Source: Syntrophaceae bacterium
Lineage (GTDB): Bacteria > Desulfobacterota > Syntrophia > Syntrophales > UBA2185
Reading direction: 5' to 3'
NCBI GenBank assembly: GCA_003153775.1
Contig: PMBI01000062.1
Span: 4,110-68,109, forward strand
Length of the DNA: 64,000 nucleotides
In this document: positions 1 through 7,399 of the stretch, one piece after another
Position numbering within the stretch: position 1 is the stretch's first letter
Layout of the letters: every line of letters starts with the position of its first letter
Made by a program: the position numbers and the translations under genes
Notes under the pieces: model-generated
Database searches by the model: none
The model's input: only the letters and a program-made list of their open reading frames with translations
What the model was told of the DNA's origin: nothing

Positions 1-68
1 GTATCGTTCGGCATTCGCTCTCTTACCCCGCAGAAATCTGCGGGGAATGCGCTCGCTACCGAATTCAA
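1..68 (+). repeat. Dispersed intergenic hairpin repeat, 3' module of the long form (copy cut by window edge)
   Basis: 1-68 aligns nearly base-for-base with 21298-21365. Perfect 8-bp stem CCCCGCAG/CTGCGGGG at 26-33/38-45, then the conserved tail AATGCGCTCGCTACCGAATTCAA. Confidence 0.85.
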
Positions 69-541
69 GAAGAGGTGCCTTTCTCATCGACCGAATAATC
101 AAGTTTATTGCCACCGGTTTCGGCAGCGGGCTCGTCCCTTTTGCTCCGGGTACTGCCGGCACAATCGTCGGCATACCGATATATCTGGCCTTTTCCCGGT
201 TGTCCTGGGCCCTCTATTTTGTATTTGTGGTGGCCTTCACCTTACTCGCGTGTTATGTATCCAATAAAGCTGAGAAGCTGTTTGGCGAAAAGGACACCTC
301 TCTCATTGTTATCGACGAGATGGTCGGTTTTCAATGGACCATGTTCCTCGTTGCTCCGACAGTTTTGCACGTGTTTATCGGTTTCATCCTTTTCCGGTTA
401 TTTGATATTCTCAAGATATTTCCCGCGGGGTATTTCCATAGGAGACTCCCCGGCGGCTACGGAGTCGTGATAGATGATGTTGTTGCAGGCATGTACGCCA
501 ACATCGCACTCCTCCTTATCATCAAGTTCTGGGGCATATAA
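47..541 (+). CDS. pgpA: Phosphatidylglycerophosphatase A
   Basis: 164-aa ORF with FIATGFGSGLVPFAPGTAGT, IDEMVGF and FRLFDILKIFP motifs typical of PgpA, plus several hydrophobic helices. The only in-frame ATG (47) lies inside the repeat, so the true start is uncertain. Confidence 0.85.
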   Translation: MRSLPNSRRGAFLIDRIIKFIATGFGSGLVPFAPGTAGTIVGIPIYLAFSRLSWALYFVFVVAFTLLACYVSNKAEKLFGEKDTSLIVIDEMVGFQWTMFLVAPTVLHVFIGFILFRLFDILKIFPAGYFHRRLPGGYGVVIDDVVAGMYANIALLLIIKFWGI

Positions 542-585
542 CATCTCATATAGTTTCGCAGAATATTTTTTAGAGATTTGTTCAT

Positions 586-1845
586 ATGAAAGTCGGCATA
601 TTGACCATAGGCAACGAATTGACGAGCGGGAAGACGCAGGATACAAACTCTTCCTTCATTGCCCGCCGGCTGCAAGCACAGGGATGGCAGACATCGATCA
701 TAATGTCCGTTCCCGATGATGAGGGCGCCATAAAGACAGGACTCAATCACATCATGTCCCTTGCAGATGCCGTCATTGTCACAGGCGGCCTCGGTCCTAC
801 GGCAGATGACATCACCACTTCCGCCGTAGCGAGGGCTTTTGGTCTCGGCGTTTATACCGATCAGGCTGCCCTCAAACACATACGGGACAGATTTGAAAAA
901 TTTCAGCTCAAATGGACGGCAAACAATGAGAAGCAGGCACACGTCCCGGAGGGGGCGGAGACGATAAAGAATCCTGTGGGTATGGCCTGGGGATACGCCC
1001 TCAAGCGGGATGGAAAGATAATAGCCGTCGTTCCCGGAGTGCCTTCGGAAGTGAAGAGGATGGTTCCCGACGGCGTCATCCCTGTCCTTAAGAAGGAATT
1101 TAAGGACGAAGCAGGGCATGTGGAAAGCAGGACTATCAAATTATCCGGCATCACCGAAGCCAATGTGGATCAGCTTCTTGCGGATGTTGATTTCGCCGGC
1201 CTCGGAGTGAATATCGGTTTTTACCCGAACTTCCCGGAGATACAGATAGTACTTACAGCTATCGCCGCAACGGAAAAAGCTGCGAAAGAAAGTATCACAG
1301 CCGCCGAGGGGCGCGTATCAGAAATACTTAAGCAGTATATCTTCGCCTATGACCAGGATACGCTGGAAGGCATCGTTGCCGGGCTTCTGACAGATAAGAA
1401 GCTGACCATTGCTGTTGCCGAGTCTTGCACAGGTGGGCTCGTCACCGATCGCCTTACGGATGTGCCCGGCAGTTCCGCCTTTCTTGAAAGGGGTGTCATT
1501 GCCTACAGCAATGATTGCAAAGCCGACCTCCTTGGAGTGCCGGAAGATGTGCTGAAAAAATTCGGCGCCGTAAGCGAGAAGACCGCCGTCTCTATGGCGG
1601 AGGGCGTAAGAAGACTCGGAAAATGCAATCTCGGGATTTCAACAACGGGGATTGCAGGCCCCGCGGGCGGAACGACAGAGAAGCCGGTGGGAACTGTCTT
1701 TATCGCCCTTGCAAATGGAACAACAACATTCTGCCGGCATCACAACTTCCGGTGGGACCGGCGGAGAAACAAGACGATGATGTCTCAGGCGGCGCTCATA
1801 ATGCTTAAGAGATACCTGACAGGCGAGCTTGAAGATGAGCGATGA
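586..1845 (+). CDS. cinA: CinA family competence/damage-inducible protein (MoCF-type N domain plus PncC-like nicotinamide-nucleotide amidase C domain)
   Basis: 419 aa. N-terminus MKVGILTIGNELTSG..VIVTGGLGPTADD is typical of CinA. C-terminal AVAESCTGGL..GISTTGIAGPAGG is typical of the CinA/PncC domain. Sits in the classical position upstream of recA. Confidence 0.9.
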   Translation: MKVGILTIGNELTSGKTQDTNSSFIARRLQAQGWQTSIIMSVPDDEGAIKTGLNHIMSLADAVIVTGGLGPTADDITTSAVARAFGLGVYTDQAALKHIRDRFEKFQLKWTANNEKQAHVPEGAETIKNPVGMAWGYALKRDGKIIAVVPGVPSEVKRMVPDGVIPVLKKEFKDEAGHVESRTIKLSGITEANVDQLLADVDFAGLGVNIGFYPNFPEIQIVLTAIAATEKAAKESITAAEGRVSEILKQYIFAYDQDTLEGIVAGLLTDKKLTIAVAESCTGGLVTDRLTDVPGSSAFLERGVIAYSNDCKADLLGVPEDVLKKFGAVSEKTAVSMAEGVRRLGKCNLGISTTGIAGPAGGTTEKPVGTVFIALANGTTTFCRHHNFRWDRRRNKTMMSQAALIMLKRYLTGELEDER

Positions 1846-2416
1846 GAAGGCCATAAGGGCGTTTTTGGCGGTCGATCCTCCCGAGGACATATTCAACGAG
1901 ATTATCAAGATTCAGGAGAGGCTAAAGAAAACCATCGGGGGAGACATCCGCTGGGTAAGACCGGAAGGTATTCATCTGACGCTGAAATTTTTTGGCTATG
2001 TGTACCAATCGGATGTTGCAAATATTTTCCTTGTGGTAAAAAATAACGTTGCAAACATGAAGGCGCTGATGCTGAATGTAAGAAATCTGGGGGCATTTCC
2101 GAGCGTGAACCGGCCCCGCGTTCTGTGGCTGGGGCTTGACGGCGACACAGATGCGCTTATCAGCCTTCAGGCGCAGATAGATACAGGGTTTCAGGACTAT
2201 GGTTTTAAGAAAGAGGAAAGGCCCTTCCGGCCGCATCTAACCCTGGCGCGCATCAAAGAACCCAAGGGATTGGATGGACTTGCAGAAGCTGTCAAGAAAA
2301 ATGAAGATTACAATGCGGGAAGCTTTACTATCAGCGGCCTCACGCTCTTCAAGAGTGAACTGAGACCGACGGGGGCGATTTACACGAAACTCTCGCACTT
2401 CCCTTTCCCCGGATGA
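1835..2416 (+). CDS. thpR: RNA 2',3'-cyclic phosphodiesterase (2H phosphoesterase, LigT/ThpR)
   Basis: Two H-x-T-x motifs (HLTLKF and HLTLAR) at the expected spacing. ATG at 1835 overlaps the cinA stop by 11 nt; the track start 1829 is a TTG. Confidence 0.85.
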   Translation: MSDEKAIRAFLAVDPPEDIFNEIIKIQERLKKTIGGDIRWVRPEGIHLTLKFFGYVYQSDVANIFLVVKNNVANMKALMLNVRNLGAFPSVNRPRVLWLGLDGDTDALISLQAQIDTGFQDYGFKKEERPFRPHLTLARIKEPKGLDGLAEAVKKNEDYNAGSFTISGLTLFKSELRPTGAIYTKLSHFPFPG

Positions 2417-2471
2417 GCAGGCGGCTTGAGGATTGGTAATATGATTTATTTTATTTTTTATGGAGGTGATT

Positions 2472-3473
2472 ATGGCATCAGATATCGATAGGGAAAAGTC
2501 AGTCGATCTGGCTATCACGCAGATCGAGAGGCAGTTTGGCAAAGGTTCCATCATGAGATTAGGGGGGAGTGAATACGTATCTGATATCGCCGTTATCCCG
2601 ACGGGATCACTGAGCCTTGACCTCGCCCTCGGTGTGGGAGGGGTTCCCCGCGGAAGGGTCATAGAAATATACGGTCCGGAAGCGGGCGGCAAGACAACCT
2701 TGGCCCTCCATATCATCGCAGAAGCCCAGAAGAGAAATGGTCTCGCCGCCTTTATCGATGCAGAGCATGCCCTCGATGTAAGCTATGCGAAGAGGATCGG
2801 CGTGAATACCGACGATCTCCTCGTATCCCAGCCGGATACAGGTGAGCAAGCCCTGGAGATTGCAGAGACGCTCGTGAGAAGCGGAGCACTGGATGTTCTC
2901 GTAGTAGATTCCGTGGCCGCTTTAGTCCCTAAGGCGGAACTTGAGGGAGAGATGGGGGATGCCCAGATGGGACTCCAGGCCCGGTTAATGTCGCAGGCGC
3001 TCCGCAAGCTCACAGGGAGCATCAGCAAATCCAAGACCACAGTGATCTTTATAAACCAGCTAAGAATGAAAATAGGCGTTTTCTTCGGCAGCCCGGAAAC
3101 TACGACAGGAGGCAATGCCCTCAAATTTTATTCTTCCATGCGGCTCGACATCAGAAAAATGACATCCATTAAGATAGGGCAGGAGATCATCGGATTCCGA
3201 ACAAAGGTCAAGGTAGTCAAGAATAAGGTCGCCCCGCCTTTCCGGGAAACGGAATTCGACATCATCTTCGGAGAAGGCATTTCGAGAGAGGGGGATATTC
3301 TCGACCTCGCCGTAGAAAATGGCATCGTCGAGAAAAGCGGGGCATGGTATTCCTACAAAGGCGAGAGGGTCGGCCAGGGCAGGGATAATTCACGTACCTT
3401 CCTTAAAGAAAATAAGGATCTTCTGAAGCAGCTCGAAGATGAAGTCCGTGAAAAGGTCGGTCTCTCAGGCTAA
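2472..3473 (+). CDS. recA: Recombinase RecA
   Basis: Walker [22 protein letters not shown], and [25 protein letters not shown] Shine-Dalgarno sequence 4 nt upstream of ATG 2472; the track start 2460 is probably too early. Confidence 0.98.
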   Translation: MASDIDREKSVDLAITQIERQFGKGSIMRLGGSEYVSDIAVIPTGSLSLDLALGVGGVPRGRVIEIYGPEAGGKTTLALHIIAEAQKRNGLAAFIDAEHALDVSYAKRIGVNTDDLLVSQPDTGEQALEIAETLVRSGALDVLVVDSVAALVPKAELEGEMGDAQMGLQARLMSQALRKLTGSISKSKTTVIFINQLRMKIGVFFGSPETTTGGNALKFYSSMRLDIRKMTSIKIGQEIIGFRTKVKVVKNKVAPPFRETEFDIIFGEGISREGDILDLAVENGIVEKSGAWYSYKGERVGQGRDNSRTFLKENKDLLKQLEDEVREKVGLSG

Positions 3474-3537
3474 GAATACTGGTTCATAAATTCGGTTACG
3501 TATTTTATGCCACAGTTTGGAAATTTCCGTGTACTAT

Positions 3538-3608
3538 TGTCATTTCGAGCGTAGCGAGAAATCTTAAGGGGTAAAATTAAAAGATATCTCCCTTCAGTCG
3601 ATATGACA
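3538..3608. repeat. Imperfect palindromic (REP-like) element between recA and recX
   Basis: 28-nt arms TGTCATTTCGAGCGTAGCGAGAAATCTT (3538-3565) and AAGATATCTCCCTTCAGTCGATATGACA (3581-3608) are 22/28 complementary, with a 15-nt loop. Single copy in this window. Confidence 0.7.
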
Positions 3609-3652
3609 CCTTAATAGTGAAATGATGCACTAAGCTAAGGGCCGAAGAAGGC

Positions 3653-4147
3653 ATGCCGATGGAAGCCTCCCCTCAGGAGAAAGCAAAGCAGCGGGCCTTC
3701 CGGCTCCTTGCCATGCGGGCAAGGAGTGAAAAGGAATTGCGGGCCAAATTGAAGGAAAAGGGATTCGACGAGGCGGTCGTTGAGGAAGTCGCAGCAAGGC
3801 TCCGGGAACTCAACTATCTCGACGATGAGTCGTTCGCCAGACAGTGGGCCAGGAATCTTGCAGTGAACAAGCTTTTTGGCAATCGCAGGATTGAAGCGAG
3901 TCTTGTGGAAAAGGGAATTCCGCGGCATCTGATCAGGCAGGTTCTGACCGAGGCGCGCGCAGAGCTGACGGAGCACGAGGCCGTCATTCTTTTGATCAGA
4001 AAGAAGCTGGACAGCAGCGACCGCAAGATTGATGAAAAGGAAAGAAGGAGATTAGCGCAGAGCCTGATGGGAAAGGGTTTTCCGCCGGGCCTGATTTTTG
4101 AGATATTGAATAGATCGAAGGAGGGTTTACTTGATGAAGGGGAGTGA
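3653..4147 (+). CDS. recX: Recombination regulator RecX
   Basis: 164 aa, helical repeat protein (..AFRLLAMRARSEKELRAKLKEKGF..) in the conserved position directly after recA. Confidence 0.9.
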   Translation: MPMEASPQEKAKQRAFRLLAMRARSEKELRAKLKEKGFDEAVVEEVAARLRELNYLDDESFARQWARNLAVNKLFGNRRIEASLVEKGIPRHLIRQVLTEARAELTEHEAVILLIRKKLDSSDRKIDEKERRRLAQSLMGKGFPPGLIFEILNRSKEGLLDEGE

Positions 4148-6764
4148 AATCAGGGAGAGATTCTTAAAATACTTTGAGGAGAACGGACATACTGTTGTGC
4201 CGAGTTCATCGCTTATCCCTAAGGATGATCCTACGCTCCTTTTTACCAATTCGGGAATGGTGCAGTTCAAAAACTGTTTTCTGGGCTTGGAGGATCGTGG
4301 TTACACGAGAGCGACCAGCTCCCAGAAGTGCGTCCGCGCGGGCGGCAAGCACAATGACCTGGAAAACGTCGGCTACACGGCCCGCCACCACACCTTTTTT
4401 GAGATGCTTGGGAATTTTTCCTTTGGCGACTATTTCAAGAAGGAATCCATTTTCTGGGGATGGGATTTCCTCACGAATAAAATGGGGCTTCCGAAAGAGA
4501 AACTCTGGATTACCATTTACGAGGACGATGATGAGGCCTTTGAAATCTGGAACAAGGCAATGGGCGTTGCTGCCGAAAGGATCGTCCGCATGGGGATGGA
4601 GAGCAACTTCTGGATGATGGGTGAAACCGGTCCGTGCGGGCCCTGCTCGGAAATTCTTTACGACCAGGGACCGGAGGTCGGCTGCGGCAGGAAGGAATGC
4701 AGCGTGCTCTGCGAATGCGATCGCCATCTGGAGATCTGGAATCACGTGTTCACACAGTTCGATCGCGATAAAGAGGGGAATCTCAATCCTCTGCCGAAAC
4801 CGAACATCGATACAGGCATGGGACTCGAACGCCTCGCAGCGGTGGTCCAGGGGGTAAAGAGCAACTACGATACGGATTTCTTCCAGCCCATCATCAGGTC
4901 TGTGGAAAAGATCAGCGGGAAGAAATACGGGTCAAGTGAAGAGACCGATATCTCGACCAGGGTCATTGCCGATCACAGCCGGGCGGTAACTTTTTTGATA
5001 GGGGACGGGATTCTTCCGAGCAACGAGGGGAGAGGCTATGTCCTGCGTAGGATACTGCGGAGAGCTGCCCGCCACGGCAAGCTCCTCGGCATAGACAAGC
5101 CATTCCTGCATGAGGTTGCCTCTGTGGTTGTAGATGGGATGAAGGATGTCTATTCCGACCTGATCGATAAGGAGGTATACATAAAGAAGGTCATCTTCAA
5201 TGAAGAGCAGCGCTTCATAGAAACCCTCGACGCAGGACTGAAAATATTAGGTGATGAAGTATCGATCCTTAAGAAGGCCGGAAAGACAATCGTTCCCGGC
5301 GACGTGGTTTTCAAGCTCTACGACACGTTCGGCTTTCCCGTAGATTTGACTGCGGATATCGTGAAGAAAGACCGCCTCACCCTCGACATGGAAGGATTTG
5401 AAAAGGCCATGGAGGTTCAGAGGGAAAAGGCAAGGGAGTCATGGAAGGGAAGCGGCGAAAAGGCAGTATCGACAAGCTACCAGAAACTCTCCCTCCAGGG
5501 AATCAAGACGCAATTCGTCGGCTACGAAGGCGTGACGGAGGACCATTCAAATATCCTGGCCATCATGAAAAATGATGAACTGGTGGAGAATCTGAAAGAA
5601 GGGGAGAAGGCAGAGGTCTTCACTGCGGAAAGCCCCTTCTACGGCGAAGCCGGCGGACAGGTCGGCGATACGGGGATTATTGAAGGGGACGGATTCGTCT
5701 TTGAGGTATGGGATACGCAGCGTCCAGTCGAGGATTTGATTACGCATATCGGGAAGCTCAAGAAAGGAGAGATGAAGACGGGCAAGGTCGCGACCCTGAA
5801 GGTGGACAGAGGGGTGAGGCGTGCGACGGAGGCCCATCATTCGGGCACGCATGTCCTGAACGCCGCGCTCCGAAGTGTCTTGGGTGATCATGTCAAGCAG
5901 TCCGGCTCCCTGGTCAACCCGGAGCGGCTCCGTTTCGACTACACCCATTTCTCCAGGGTCGAGGAAGAAGAACTCGACAGGATCGAATCCATCGCCAACG
6001 AAATGATCAGGAGCAATGTGCCCGTTCAAACCAATATTCTTGCCCGCGAAGAGGCGATGAAGACAGGAGCCCAGGCTGTCTTCGATGAGAAGTACGGGGA
6101 AGAGGTAAGAGTCGTCAAGATGGGCGATGTCAGCATGGAACTCTGCGGCGGCACGCATGTGCTGAAAACGGGAGACATCGGTCTTTTGAAGGTTATCCAT
6201 GAATCAGCCATAGCTGCGGGCGTGAGGAGAATTGAGGCCGTGACGGGAAGGGCGGCTTTGAAATACGTGCATGATGTCGAAGGAGAGCTAAAAAAAACGG
6301 CGTCGCTCTTGAAAGCTAATCCCATGGAACTTTCAGAAAGGGTTGAGAAGCTCCTCAAGCATCAGAAAGATATGGAAAGAGAAGTGGAGGCGCTGAAGGT
6401 CAAGCTTGCGGGAAAAGACATGGCGGCTCTTGTCAAGAAGGTCAAGAAGGTAAAAGGAATAAGCGTCCTTGCCGCTGTGGTGGACGCGACTGACGCGAAG
6501 ACCATGCGCGACCTTGGCGACAGACTTAAGGATAAAATCCAGTCAGGCATCATCCTTCTCGGGAGCAAGGCCGCAGATAAGGCTACGCTGCTTTGTATGG
6601 TGACAAAAGACCTGACCGACCGATACCACGCAGGGAATATCATAAAGGAGATAGCGCCGATCATCGGCGGCAGCGGCGGCGGCAGGCCGGACATGGCACA
6701 GGCCGGAGGGCCGCAGCCGGAAAATGTAAAGAAGGCCGTAGACAAGCTCGCCAAGATGATCTGA
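4134..6764 (+). CDS. alaS: Alanine--tRNA ligase
   Basis: 876-877 aa. N-terminus EIRERFLKYFEENGHTVVPSSSL, FTNSGMVQFK, HHTFFEMLGNFSFGDYFK, editing-domain HSGTHVL and CGGTHV, and a C-terminal DHHA1-like GGGGRPDMAQAGG. Confidence 0.98.
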   Translation: MKGSEIRERFLKYFEENGHTVVPSSSLIPKDDPTLLFTNSGMVQFKNCFLGLEDRGYTRATSSQKCVRAGGKHNDLENVGYTARHHTFFEMLGNFSFGDYFKKESIFWGWDFLTNKMGLPKEKLWITIYEDDDEAFEIWNKAMGVAAERIVRMGMESNFWMMGETGPCGPCSEILYDQGPEVGCGRKECSVLCECDRHLEIWNHVFTQFDRDKEGNLNPLPKPNIDTGMGLERLAAVVQGVKSNYDTDFFQPIIRSVEKISGKKYGSSEETDISTRVIADHSRAVTFLIGDGILPSNEGRGYVLRRILRRAARHGKLLGIDKPFLHEVASVVVDGMKDVYSDLIDKEVYIKKVIFNEEQRFIETLDAGLKILGDEVSILKKAGKTIVPGDVVFKLYDTFGFPVDLTADIVKKDRLTLDMEGFEKAMEVQREKARESWKGSGEKAVSTSYQKLSLQGIKTQFVGYEGVTEDHSNILAIMKNDELVENLKEGEKAEVFTAESPFYGEAGGQVGDTGIIEGDGFVFEVWDTQRPVEDLITHIGKLKKGEMKTGKVATLKVDRGVRRATEAHHSGTHVLNAALRSVLGDHVKQSGSLVNPERLRFDYTHFSRVEEEELDRIESIANEMIRSNVPVQTNILAREEAMKTGAQAVFDEKYGEEVRVVKMGDVSMELCGGTHVLKTGDIGLLKVIHESAIAAGVRRIEAVTGRAALKYVHDVEGELKKTASLLKANPMELSERVEKLLKHQKDMEREVEALKVKLAGKDMAALVKKVKKVKGISVLAAVVDATDAKTMRDLGDRLKDKIQSGIILLGSKAADKATLLCMVTKDLTDRYHAGNIIKEIAPIIGGSGGGRPDMAQAGGPQPENVKKAVDKLAKMI

Positions 6765-6795
6765 CGTTATCAGTGCAGGTCTCCGGAATAACAAA

Positions 6796-6833
6796 CCCCC
6801 TTGTTCCCTACGATGAGGAGCAAGGGGGTTTTT
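6796..6833. terminator. Rho-independent terminator shared by convergent alaS and lipoprotein gene
   Basis: Stem CCCCCTTG (6796-6803) / CAAGGGGG (6821-6828) followed by TTTTT. The reverse complement also ends in a T-rich run. Confidence 0.7.
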
Positions 6834-6860
6834 CGTTCCCTTCGCAAACTCAGACAACAC

Positions 6861-7370
6861 TTATCTCATACGAAGGCGGCTGCCATCTTCAAACTGCAGC
6901 CACGTATTTATGTCCGGCGTATCGATCAAAACCGTCTTGCTGTCTTTCATCCTGACGGAAGAATTAGTTGTAGCCTCGAGGATGGAATACCAGACCCCGA
7001 TCCGTTTGCCTTTGTCGTCCAGGATGGCAAACCCATGCAGAGGCGCCATGAAGTTCACGGTTGCGGCCTTGTTCTTCATGTTCATGACTATCTCCCGGAG
7101 CTTTGCGGGCGTCATATCGACTTTCTTCCAAAGGTCGGAATCGAGTGCGTAGGCATTGTCCAGGCCGATAACCGCGCTGGGATAGACTTCGGACCCGCTG
7201 TAATAATAGTTATAATTGGGATTGACATGAAATTTGTCAAAAGCCTCCATCACGCTCCCGTCAGGCACGATGCTGCCATAATTTTTCAAACCCATAGTGG
7301 CACACCCTGCAAACGAAAGCAGGATCAAAATGCACAAAGCGCAAAGAATTTGTTTCCGTTTTTTTTGCAT
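6861..7370 (-). CDS. Lipoprotein of unknown function
   Basis: 169 aa. N-terminus MQKKRKQILCALCILILLSFAGC gives a signal peptide with lipobox. The opposite-strand ORF 6801-7460 looks like translated noise. Confidence 0.7.
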   Translation of the reverse strand: MQKKRKQILCALCILILLSFAGCATMGLKNYGSIVPDGSVMEAFDKFHVNPNYNYYYSGSEVYPSAVIGLDNAYALDSDLWKKVDMTPAKLREIVMNMKNKAATVNFMAPLHGFAILDDKGKRIGVWYSILEATTNSSVRMKDSKTVLIDTPDINTWLQFEDGSRLRMR

Positions 7371-7399
7371 CGCCCTGTCCTCCCTTCTGAAAATGTATC

